Source: Thermoleophilia bacterium (GTDB lineage Bacteria > Actinomycetota > Thermoleophilia > Gaiellales > Gaiellaceae). From it: 64,000 nt of DNA. Position 1 is the first letter of the stretch. Each line of letters starts with the position of its first letter. The position numbers and the translations under genes are program-made. The stretch covers positions 3,507 through 67,506 of the forward strand of contig JACVRR010000001.1 of the NCBI GenBank assembly GCA_014534345.1, read 5' to 3'. Of this stretch, positions 8,661 to 17,108 are shown piece after piece. The notes below the pieces were generated by a model. It was not told where the DNA came from. It saw only the letters and a program-made list of their open reading frames with translations, and did not search any database.

Positions 8661-11600
8661 TCAGCTCGTCGGTCGCAGCACGGCCTCGAGCGCGCGGGAC
8701 CGCTCGAGCTCCCGCACCGAGCCGAGCTGCTCGAAGACGCGGAGGGCGGCCCCGAGGTGCCGTTCGGCGATGCCGGCGTCGGTCGACGCGGCGAGCTCGG
8801 CCAGGAGCAGACGAGACCACGCTTCCTCCCAGCGGGCCTCGAGCTCGGCGAAGCCGTCGGCGGACCGGGCCAGGAGCTCCGCGCCGCGGCGCACGTCGCC
8901 GCCGGCAGCGGCAGCGCGGCCCTCCAGCCGATCGGCGACGAGCGGCAGTGCGAGCAGCCCGCCGGCCTCGGCCTCCTCGCGGGCCGCGGAGACGAGCCCG
9001 GGCGCCTCGTCCCAGCGCTCCCGCGCGGCCGCGATCTCGCAGAGGGCCTCGAGCGTCGCGCCCGCGCCGCCCGTGCGAGGCGCGAAGGGAAGGAGCGCGA
9101 GCGCCTCCTCGAACCGTCCCGTCTGTGCGAGCGCGAGCGCAAGGGGGGCCGAATGGAGCAGGCTGCGTCCCGCCGGCAGGCGCTGGCCGCGGAAGTACCT
9201 CAGCGCCGCGTCGACGTACCGATCCGCCTCGTCGTGCTCGCCGCGCCGGACGTGCGTGAGCGCGCGGGACGCGTACGCCAGCGTCGTGTAGCCGGCGGGG
9301 GCCTCTCCCCGTGCGAGCGGCGCGACGCGTTCCAGCTCCGCGTGGTCGGCAAGCGAGCCGTCCCAGTCGCCCAGCCGGAAGCGGGCCGCGACGCGCCACG
9401 TCAGCCCGTGGAGGTACGAGCCCGCGTCGATACCGTGCGACCGCACGATGCACGCGCTCGCGTGCGTCTCGGCCTCGCGATAGCGGCCGAGATGCAGCGC
9501 CGACCATGCCGCCATCGCGTACGTGTCGCCGATCTCCTTGACGTCGCTCATCCGTGGCACGAGCGCGTTGCGTCGCTGTCCCTCGCGGTACATCTCGCCG
9601 TAGCGACCCAAGAGCATCGCGTGCGCCTGCACGAGGTCGAGGGCGGCCGAGAGCAGATCGGCGTCGCCGAGCTCCTCCGCGGCCGCGGCGGCCTCGCGTA
9701 CGGCGTCGTCGGCCTCCTGGTCGCGCCGGCCCTCGCGCTGGCTGATCAGGAACCCTCGATCCACGAGCAGGAGCGTTCGCTCGGGACCTCGCTCCGGCGC
9801 CGCCCCGAGCCCGGCGTCGATCAGGCGACGGACGTCGTCGATCTCCGGCAGCTCCCGCATCGTCCCGATCCAGCGAGCACCGAAGAGCGCGGCCTTGGCC
9901 GCGAGCCTCGCGAACGGGGGAGCCGCGTCCGCCAGCTCCGCGAGCGCGTCGCCGTATGCCCGCCAGGCGGCGTCGCCGTGGTAGGCGAGGTAGTACAGGT
10001 CACCGAGCGCCTCGAGCGCCTCGACGCGCTCGGCGCTCCCGCGCGAGAGCTCGACGGCGCGCCGCGCGAAGCGCTCGCTCTGCTGGATCGCGAAGCGACG
10101 GTGCGCGTTCGTCGCCGCCTCGAGGAGCAGTCCGCGAGCGCGCGTGCGCAGGTCGTCGTCGCCGAGGAACGAGTACGCGGCGTCGTAGTGGTGGGCGAGC
10201 AACTCGGTCACCTCTCCGCTCCGCTCGCCGCTCGTGTCCTGGATCCACGCCGCGGTCGCGGCGTGCGCGCGGCCCCGCTCCTTCCGCGGCAGGCTCTCGT
10301 AGGCGACGTCGCGGATCAGCACGTGCTTGAACGCGTACTCCCGCTGGCCCGCGATCGACGACGCGAGCCGCTCGACGACGAACTCGCGGCGACGAAGCGT
10401 CCGCAGAACGGCGTCGAGATCGTCCACGCGCGCGAGGCGTGCGACGGCACCGTCCCAGAAGAAGCGCCCCACCACCGCGGCGCGCTGCGCGACCCGACGC
10501 TCCTCGGGTGCGAGCAGGTCGAGACGGGCGAGGATGACCGCGTGGACGTTGTCGGGGATCTCGATCCGGTCGATCCCCGCCTGGACGCGCCAGCGGCCGT
10601 CCGCCCGAGCCAGCAGCCCGTCGTCGACCAGGCGGCGGACGATCTCCTCGAGGAAGAACGGGTTGCCCTCCGAGCGCTCGAGGATCAGCCGGCGCGCGCC
10701 CTCGGGCAGCTCCTCGACGTCGAGGAGGGAGGCGACGAGCCGCCTGCTCTCGTCCGTGCTCAGAGGATCGAGCGGCAGCGAGCTGAAGCTCCGACGGCCT
10801 CCGCCCCAGTCCGGGCGCGAGCGGAGCAGGTCGGCGCGCGCGGTGCAGAGGAAGAGGATCGCGCCCTCGAGCCGCTCGGCGAGCTCGTCGAGGGTGTCCA
10901 GCATCGTCGGATCGGCCCAGTGGAGGTCCTCGACGACCGCGACCACGGGCGCGTGCCGCGCGAGCGAGGCGAGGAGCACGCGCCAGGCATCGACCAGCTC
11001 GCGGTACCGCTCGCGGGGGTCGAGCGAGCCGAGCGGATCGCCCGGCAGGCGCAACCCGAGCGTCGCCGCGAGCGCAGCGGCCGTCAGCCGGGGATCCGCG
11101 AGGAGCTCGGGCTCGACGGTCTCCTCCACCAGCCGGACGATCCTGGCCGCAGCGGCGTCCGCGCGATCCGTGTCGAGCACGACGGCCTGCGCCTTCAGCA
11201 TCTCGGCGAGCGGGGACAGCGTGACTCCCTCGCCGTGGGGGAGGCAGCGCCCGACGAGCACCTTCGCGACCGCCTCGAGCGGCGACACGAACTCGCGAAC
11301 GAGCCTGCTCTTCCCGACGCCGGCGTCGCCCACGAGCGTCACGAGAGCGGGATGCCGCTCCTGCTTCACGCGGTCCCAGACGCCGTTCAGCGACGCGAGC
11401 TCGTGGTCGCGGCCGACGAGCGGCACGCCGAGACCGGTCAGCCCGCGCGGTTCGGGGACCGTCCGCTCGCCCGTCACCACCCACGCGGCGACCGGCTCGG
11501 CCCGTCCCCTGAGGGTGCGCTGCTCGATCGCAGCGAGCTGGAAGTGGGTGCGAACGGCGCGGGCAGTGCGTTCGCCGACGACGACCGCGCCTGGCTCGGC

Positions 11601-12104
11601 GACCTGTTGGAGGCGCGCGGCCACGTTGACCGCGTCGCCGGTGACGAGGAGATCGCCGCCCGGCGCGCCGGAGGCGATCACCTCGCCCGTGTTGAGCCCG
11701 ATTCGAAGCTGGAGACGCTCTTCCGGGTCGCGCTCCTCGTTCCAGCGGCGGAGGCGCTCCAGCATCCGGCGCGCGGCGCGCACCGCGCGCAGCGCGTCGT
11801 CCTCCCGTGCGGCGGGGACGCCGAAGACCGCCATGATCGCGTCGCCGACGAACTTCTCGAGCGTCCCGCCTTCGGCGCGAATCTCCTCCGCCATCGCGGC
11901 GAAGTAGTCGGTCATCAGAGCGCGGACGTCCTCCGGGTGCAGCCGCTCGGCCCTCGCCGTCGAGCCGACGACGTCGGCGAACAGCACCGTGACGAGCTTG
12001 AGCATCTCCTCGCCCGCTACCTCCGAGGCGAGCGCCGCGCCGCAGGACGGACAGAACCGCGAGCCCGCGGGAGCCTCGAAGCCGCACGACGGACAGGTCG
12101 ACAC
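8661..12104 (-). CDS. zinc-ribbon / class III adenylate-guanylate cyclase / STAND AAA ATPase / TPR signalling protein
   Basis: The N-terminus has CPSCG..CPSCG. The cyclase motifs are VLFADVVGST, KFVGDAIMAVFG and GDAVNVAARL, and the Walker A is GDAGVGKSRL. The long helical C-terminus is TPR-like. No C-terminal LuxR HTH is visible. Confidence 0.85.
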   Translation of the reverse strand: MSTCPSCGFEAPAGSRFCPSCGAALASEVAGEEMLKLVTVLFADVVGSTARAERLHPEDVRALMTDYFAAMAEEIRAEGGTLEKFVGDAIMAVFGVPAAREDDALRAVRAARRMLERLRRWNEERDPEERLQLRIGLNTGEVIASGAPGGDLLVTGDAVNVAARLQQVAEPGAVVVGERTARAVRTHFQLAAIEQRTLRGRAEPVAAWVVTGERTVPEPRGLTGLGVPLVGRDHELASLNGVWDRVKQERHPALVTLVGDAGVGKSRLVREFVSPLEAVAKVLVGRCLPHGEGVTLSPLAEMLKAQAVVLDTDRADAAAARIVRLVEETVEPELLADPRLTAAALAATLGLRLPGDPLGSLDPRERYRELVDAWRVLLASLARHAPVVAVVEDLHWADPTMLDTLDELAERLEGAILFLCTARADLLRSRPDWGGGRRSFSSLPLDPLSTDESRRLVASLLDVEELPEGARRLILERSEGNPFFLEEIVRRLVDDGLLARADGRWRVQAGIDRIEIPDNVHAVILARLDLLAPEERRVAQRAAVVGRFFWDGAVARLARVDDLDAVLRTLRRREFVVERLASSIAGQREYAFKHVLIRDVAYESLPRKERGRAHAATAAWIQDTSGERSGEVTELLAHHYDAAYSFLGDDDLRTRARGLLLEAATNAHRRFAIQQSERFARRAVELSRGSAERVEALEALGDLYYLAYHGDAAWRAYGDALAELADAAPPFARLAAKAALFGARWIGTMRELPEIDDVRRLIDAGLGAAPERGPERTLLLVDRGFLISQREGRRDQEADDAVREAAAAAEELGDADLLSAALDLVQAHAMLLGRYGEMYREGQRRNALVPRMSDVKEIGDTYAMAAWSALHLGRYREAETHASACIVRSHGIDAGSYLHGLTWRVAARFRLGDWDGSLADHAELERVAPLARGEAPAGYTTLAYASRALTHVRRGEHDEADRYVDAALRYFRGQRLPAGRSLLHSAPLALALAQTGRFEEALALLPFAPRTGGAGATLEALCEIAAARERWDEAPGLVSAAREEAEAGGLLALPLVADRLEGRAAAAGGDVRRGAELLARSADGFAELEARWEEAWSRLLLAELAASTDAGIAERHLGAALRVFEQLGSVRELERSRALEAVLRPTS

Positions 12105-12205
12105 CCGTTCGAGGATAAGCGGCGCCGCTCGTCCGCAGAAGCGGCGGTCGCCGGCCGGCGACGCGTACGCTCCGCGCGGTTTCGCCCCGCCGACCGGAGA
12201 GCGCC

Positions 12206-12520
12206 GTGGCCGACTACTTCCTGGTGACGCGCGCGTGGGGCCCGGCCTGGGATCCGAGCCGGCGCCGCCGCGCGCAGGACGGATGGGACGAGCACGCCGC
12301 GTTCATGGACGCGCTCGTCGAGGACGGCTTCGTGATCCTCGGCGGACCCGTCGGCGACGTCGACACGGGCCGCGCCCTGCTCGTCGTCGCCGCGGAGAGC
12401 GAGGCCGTAGTTCGCGCGAGGCTCGCCGGCGACCCGTGGCCCGAGGCGCTGCTCACGACCGAGCGCGTCGAGCCGTGGTCGGTGTGGCTTCGCTCGCGCG
12501 CCTTCCCGAGCGAGCCGTGA
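12206..12520 (+). CDS. YciI-like (Dabb-fold) protein
   Basis: ORF 12206..12520 has the pattern typical of the YCII-related domain (FMDALVEDGFVILGGPVGD...LLVVAAESEAVVRARLAGDPW). Confidence 0.6.
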   Translation: MADYFLVTRAWGPAWDPSRRRRAQDGWDEHAAFMDALVEDGFVILGGPVGDVDTGRALLVVAAESEAVVRARLAGDPWPEALLTTERVEPWSVWLRSRAFPSEP

Positions 12521-12578
12521 GCCATGCCCCGGCGGCTGCGCCGCGGCGGACTCGCATCGCTGCTGAGTGTCCGGAGCG

Positions 12579-13742
12579 TTACCGGCCGGTACGCCGGCGC
12601 GGGGAGGCACCGGCGCGCGGGCGCGGACGCGACCGCCGCACGACGCCCGCCTGCTCGTCGTGGGCGACGCGCGGGGCGTGCGGGCGGCGCTCACCGGTGG
12701 ATGCGAAGGCCTCGTCGACCAGCGCCTCGACCGGGCGCCGGGCGAGGTCGAGCTCGTCGAGGATCGTGTAGCGGGCCGGTCGCGTGTCGCGTGCCTGCAT
12801 CACCGCCCGCACGATCACGTCCCGCTCGAGGCCCAGGTCGGCGTGCGAGCGCGGAAGCGACCAGGCGTCGTACGCGTGCGCCAGCTCCGCCGTCAGCGAT
12901 CCCTGCGCCGTCGCCGCGATGAGGAGGCCGAGCGCGACCTGCTCGCCGTGCAGGCGCGCCCGCGTTCCGAGCAGCCGGTCGAGACTGTGGCTGATCAGGT
13001 GCTCCGCGCCCGAGCACGGCCGGCTGCTCCCGGCGGTCGCCATCGCCAGCCCGCTGAGCACGAGCCCACGCGCCAGCATCTCGAGCGAGAGGTCGGCGGT
13101 CGCGGGCGCCAGGTAGAGGAAGGAGCGCGCCGCCTCCTCGGCGATCAGCGCGGAGAAGCCGTCGATCTCCTCCTCTCCGCGCGCAGCGGCCAGGCGCCAG
13201 TCGTGCAGCGCCGTCAGGTTGCTCAGCAGGTCGGCGGCGCCGGCCCGCGAGGTGCGAGCGGGGGCGCCGTGCACCACGGCGAGGTCGACGATCACCGCCT
13301 CCGGCATGACGGCGCCGATGCTCCTGCGGCGGCCGTCGCGGCCGATCAGCGAGGCGATCGGCGAGCTGACGCCGTCGTGTGCGAGCGAGGTCGGGACGCT
13401 TACGAAGGCCGTCCCCGTGACCGAGCAGGCGTGCTTGACCGCGTCGATCACCCTGCCGCCGCCGACGGCGACGCACGTCTCGGCGCCCGACGCGCGGATG
13501 GCCGCGACCACCCGGTCGACGCCGTCGACGGTCGGGACCGCCTCGGTGACGACGGCGCAGGCGCCCGCCTCGCGGAGCCCGCGGACGACACCGCCGGCGA
13601 TCCGCGCCGTCCGGCCGCCACCCGTCCCGACGACGGTGCGTCGGAGCTCGAACCGCGCCGCCGCCAGCACCGCCGCGACGTCGGCGACGGCGCCGGAGCG
13701 GATCTCGAGCAGGCGCGGGACGCAGACCGTCTTCGGGCTCAC
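12579..13742 (-). CDS. glycerol-1-phosphate dehydrogenase-like enzyme (iron-containing ADH / AraM-EgsA family)
   Basis: C-terminal 388 codons of ORF 12579..14438. The GTG start overlaps the upstream stop (GTGA). Motifs are GGGRVIDAVKH, SVPTSLAHDG and CSGAEHLISHSLD. Confidence 0.7.
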   Translation of the reverse strand: MSPKTVCVPRLLEIRSGAVADVAAVLAAARFELRRTVVGTGGGRTARIAGGVVRGLREAGACAVVTEAVPTVDGVDRVVAAIRASGAETCVAVGGGRVIDAVKHACSVTGTAFVSVPTSLAHDGVSSPIASLIGRDGRRRSIGAVMPEAVIVDLAVVHGAPARTSRAGAADLLSNLTALHDWRLAAARGEEEIDGFSALIAEEAARSFLYLAPATADLSLEMLARGLVLSGLAMATAGSSRPCSGAEHLISHSLDRLLGTRARLHGEQVALGLLIAATAQGSLTAELAHAYDAWSLPRSHADLGLERDVIVRAVMQARDTRPARYTILDELDLARRPVEALVDEAFASTGERRPHAPRVAHDEQAGVVRRSRPRPRAGASPRRRTGR

Positions 13743-14563
13743 GCCCCGTACCGCCCGGCGATCGCGGCGGCGGCGCGGAGGTCGCGTTCGTCGTCGATCT
13801 CGACCCAGTCGTCCGTCGCGATCTCGAAGGCCGAGAACGGGACGCCCGCGTCGATCGCCTCCCGGTACGCCGCCTCGTACCACTCGCCCTTCCGCGCGTC
13901 GTCCTGCTCGAAGGCGGCGAGGATCCGGCGCAGCGCCGGGACGTGCGCCGCGGCGAGCACGCTTACGCCGATGAACTCCGCCGTGGGCCCGCCGCGCAGC
14001 GTCCCCTTGCCGATGTCGACGACCGCCGGCTCCTCGCCGGCGAGCACGACCTTCATCGCCTCCTCCGTGAGCGGGCGGCGCGAATCGATCGCGAGGACGT
14101 TCGTCGCGGGCCGCCGGCGCGCGTCCGCGAGCAGCGCGTGGAGGCGCTCCGGAGGGAGCAGCAGGTCTGAGTTGAGCACGCACACCGCGCCTGTCCAGCG
14201 GGTCGCCTCCAGGTGGTCGAGCGCGCGGGCGAGCGACAGCCAGTTGTTGCAGGCGGCGTACTGCTCGTTGTGGACGAGCTCGCACGGTCGCCCCGCCAGC
14301 GACGAGAGTCGTGCCGCGTCGAAGGCGCCGCTGCGGTGGCCCGTGACCGCGACCAGGCGCGACCAGGCCGAGAGATCGGCGCGGAGCGCCCGCAGGTGGA
14401 AGTGCGCGATCGGCGTCCCCTCGACCGGCACCAACCACTTGGGCGCGCGGGCGCCCGCCGGGCCGAGGCGCGAGCCCTGGCCGGCGGCGAGGACGACGAC
14501 GGCGGGAGGAAGCCCGTGCCCGGAGGCGTCGCCGCGGAGCCGCCCGACCGTCCCCTGCGTCAT
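13739..14563 (-). CDS. sugar/alcohol-phosphate nucleotidyltransferase (LicC/MobA-like NTP_transferase fold)
   Basis: It has the N-terminal VVVLAAGQGSRLG signature and the C-terminal WVEIDDERDL. It is translationally coupled to the G1PDH-like gene. Confidence 0.7.
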   Translation of the reverse strand: MTQGTVGRLRGDASGHGLPPAVVVLAAGQGSRLGPAGARAPKWLVPVEGTPIAHFHLRALRADLSAWSRLVAVTGHRSGAFDAARLSSLAGRPCELVHNEQYAACNNWLSLARALDHLEATRWTGAVCVLNSDLLLPPERLHALLADARRRPATNVLAIDSRRPLTEEAMKVVLAGEEPAVVDIGKGTLRGGPTAEFIGVSVLAAAHVPALRRILAAFEQDDARKGEWYEAAYREAIDAGVPFSAFEIATDDWVEIDDERDLRAAAAIAGRYGA

Positions 14564-14677
14564 GCGCTCGCGGGACGCGCTGGGCGGAAGTGCGGGCCCC
14601 GGCCCGCCGGCGACGCCGACTGCATGGCTGCGGACGTTATTCCACGACGGGCGCGTTTGCGGGGGAAACGGACGCGA

Positions 14678-15592
14678 TCAGCGGCCGGGTCCGGTCAGAC
14701 GCAGGTCGCCCCGCTCGGTCCGCACGAACAGCTGCCAGCTGTAGAAGACGTACAGCTCACGAGGGTCGGCGCGCATCCGCCCCGCGTAGACGAGGACGGC
14801 GTCGACGTAGCGCGCCGAAGGGTTGTACCGCCAGAGGGCGCGGCGGAGGTGGCGTGGCGCGCCCGCTGCGCGCAGGTAGTTCGCCGCGCCGAGAATCGCG
14901 TCGCGGTCGTCGTGGACGTTGCCGCCGAGGCCGTACGCGGCCCACGTCCGCGGCAGGAACTGCATCGGCCCCCGCGCGCCGGCGGCGCTGTCGCTGCGGA
15001 TCTTCCCGAACGCCGACTCGACGAAGTTCACCGCCGCGAGGACCTGCCACGGCACGCCGAAGCGCCGCTCGGCCTCGCGGTAGTAGCGCAGCAGGACGCC
15101 GACCGGGCGCGGCCGCCGCGTCCGCACCCGCCGCGCCGCCACCGCGGGCGTGATCCGCCGCAGACCCCGGCCGGCGCGGACGATAGCACGCGCCTCGCGC
15201 GCGAGGCCGGACGGCAGGCGGGCGACCGTCGCGCCGGCGAGCCGGTCGTCGGCGCGCAGCAGCCGGTAGATCCGCTGGTGGTGGAGAGCGAGCAGCTCCA
15301 CGTCGCGCGGCGGCCGGCCGACGGCCGGGCGGCCGTGCCGGCGCCAGCGGTCGACGGCGGCATCGAGGGCGCGAGTCGTCGCCGCGAGGCGGCGCGCCAG
15401 CCGCGCCGGATCGCGCGGAAGCGGCGCACCCGGAGCGGGAAGCGGCGCGGCGACCCGCGCGGCTCCGACCGCTCGGGCCCGTGCCCCCTCGTCGGCCGCG
15501 GGCGCCGCCGCGGCCGGCGCTCCGCTCAGCGCGAGCGCGGCGGCCACGGCGGCCGCCGGCGACGCGAGCGCGCGTACCGGCCTCCTGCACAT
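14678..15592 (-). CDS. secreted lytic transglycosylase (SLT domain)
   Basis: It has a signal peptide, the catalytic motif VNFVESAFG, GPMQFLPRTW and ILGAANYL. Confidence 0.8.
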   Translation of the reverse strand: MCRRPVRALASPAAAVAAALALSGAPAAAAPAADEGARARAVGAARVAAPLPAPGAPLPRDPARLARRLAATTRALDAAVDRWRRHGRPAVGRPPRDVELLALHHQRIYRLLRADDRLAGATVARLPSGLAREARAIVRAGRGLRRITPAVAARRVRTRRPRPVGVLLRYYREAERRFGVPWQVLAAVNFVESAFGKIRSDSAAGARGPMQFLPRTWAAYGLGGNVHDDRDAILGAANYLRAAGAPRHLRRALWRYNPSARYVDAVLVYAGRMRADPRELYVFYSWQLFVRTERGDLRLTGPGR

Positions 15593-15640
15593 CGAGCCCG
15601 CGTCAGCGTACCGGGGGGGCCGCGCGCCGCGGCGACCGAG

Positions 15641-16165
15641 CTACTGGGTGCTTCCGAGCGGCAGGCGGGGGCAACCGCCGCCCTCGTAGGCCGCGAGCTC
15701 GGGCGCGTTGAGCAGCCAGCGCCACTCCCCGTTGACGGCGACGACGCGGCGGGTGTCCGTCACCACGCGGTCGCCGCCTCGCCGGGGCGCGAGGGTGATC
15801 TGCGACACGACGATGCTCCCCGGCAGCGTCTTCCCGTCGACCTCGAGCTCCTCGTCCGAGACGTCGTCGACGGCGACGCGCTCGAGCTCGGCCAGCCGCA
15901 GCGCCCCCCGCGCGCAGCGCTCGAACGCCTCGCGTGAGGCGGCCCGCTGGTGCGCCTCGTGGAGGAGCTTCCAGACCGCGTCGACCCGGCCGCCGAAGTA
16001 GCGCTCGATCACGCTCTGCAGGAACTCGCCCGGCTCCCCCTCCGGCGCGGCGGCCTGCGTCTCGGCGGGCGGCGGCGTCGTCTCGCCGGCCTCGTCGTCG
16101 CCGTGCACGCAGCCCGCGAGCGCGAGCAGCAGCGCGACGAGCAGGGTCACGGCGAGGCGCGGCAC
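15641..16165 (-). CDS. lipoprotein of unknown function
   Basis: Within ORF 15641..16252. The GTG at 16165 gives a canonical lipoprotein signal, (M)PRLAVTLLVALLLALAGC. I recognise no family. Confidence 0.55.
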   Translation of the reverse strand: MPRLAVTLLVALLLALAGCVHGDDEAGETTPPPAETQAAAPEGEPGEFLQSVIERYFGGRVDAVWKLLHEAHQRAASREAFERCARGALRLAELERVAVDDVSDEELEVDGKTLPGSIVVSQITLAPRRGGDRVVTDTRRVVAVNGEWRWLLNAPELAAYEGGGCPRLPLGSTQ

Positions 16166-16257
16166 CGTCGCGACGGTTCCCGGCCCGGCGGCCGTCAATC
16201 CATGGCGCGGAGGCAGCTTGCCCGGCGGGCCGCAACACGCCATGCTCCGCACAGCCG

Positions 16258-17108
16258 GTGGCTGGTCCCGACGGAGCGGGCGAGGCCCGGGCGGCGCCGT
16301 CGCGCCGCCTCGCCGTCGCTGCGCTCGCGCTCAGCGCGGCGCTGACCGCAGCCGCGACCGCGCAGCTCCCCCCGGAGGCGGACGGACGGCGCGCGCCGCA
16401 GCGCCCGTTCTCGGACGGCGCGTACTTCCTGGTCGTCTGCGCGGCTGCCCACCGCGACAACGACGACCCGATCGTCATGCCGGGGCGGCCCGGACGCTCG
16501 CACAACCACACGTACGTCGGGAACGGGTCGACGGACGCCTTCTCCACGCCCGAGTCGCTGCGCCGACACGGCGCGAGCAGCTGCCAGCCGAACGCCGACG
16601 CCTCCGCGTACTGGTTCCCCACGCTCTACGCGGGCAGCCGAGCCGTGCTGCCGCTGGTGGCGATCGTCTACTACATCCGGCGAACCGCCGCCGCCCAGCC
16701 GTTCCCGGCGGGCCTGCGCGTGATCGCCGGCAACGCGCGCGCGACGCGGCCGAGGCGCCGGAGATCGCCTACTGGACCTGCGGATCTCCCCTTCGCGGGG
16801 GCCGTCGCTTCCCGGTCGTCCCCAACTGCTCGGTCGGGCGCGGTGTCAGCCTCACGGTCACGTTCCCCGACTGCTGGGACGGCCGCCGCCTGGACAGCAG
16901 CAACCACGCGAGGCACATGGCGTACTCCTCCGCCCGCCGCTGTCCCGCCTCTCACCCGGTCGCGCTGCCGACGATGAAGCTGCTCGCCGCGTATCCCGCG
17001 GTTCGCCGCCCGCGGCTGTCGTCGGGCGCGTTCTCGGCCCACGCCGACTTCATGAACGGCTGGGACCAGGACTTCCTGGGCGAGCGCGTCCGCGGCCTGA
17101 ACCACTAG
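16258..17108 (+). pseudogene. DUF1996-family secreted protein gene with a frameshift near 16735-16750
   Basis: The N-terminal part (signal peptide, HRDNDDPI, GRSHNHTYVGN) is in the frame of ORF 15934..16977. The C-terminal part (YWTCG, FPDCWDG, HMAY, CPASHPVALP, HADFMNGWD) is in the frame of ORF 16218..17108. The switch falls in a GCGCGCGCG tract. The length of 851 nt is not a multiple of 3. Confidence 0.6.

Noticed and set aside
8757-12227. 1156-aa ORF on the + strand, plus the 10000..12087 and 10327..11907 ORFs
   Set aside because: These are mirror or alternative frames of the cyclase-STAND gene. Their composition is the Arg/Ala/Pro/Gly-rich pattern typical of non-coding frames in very GC-rich DNA, and they have no recognisable motifs. 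The minus-strand frame 8661..12104 carries all the cyclase, Walker and TPR motifs.
12567-14744. 725-aa + strand ORF, and the upper part of ORF 12579..14438
   Set aside because: The + ORF is antisense to the G1PDH and nucleotidyltransferase genes and has no motifs. The part of the minus ORF beyond 13742 is an alternative frame of the nucleotidyltransferase gene.
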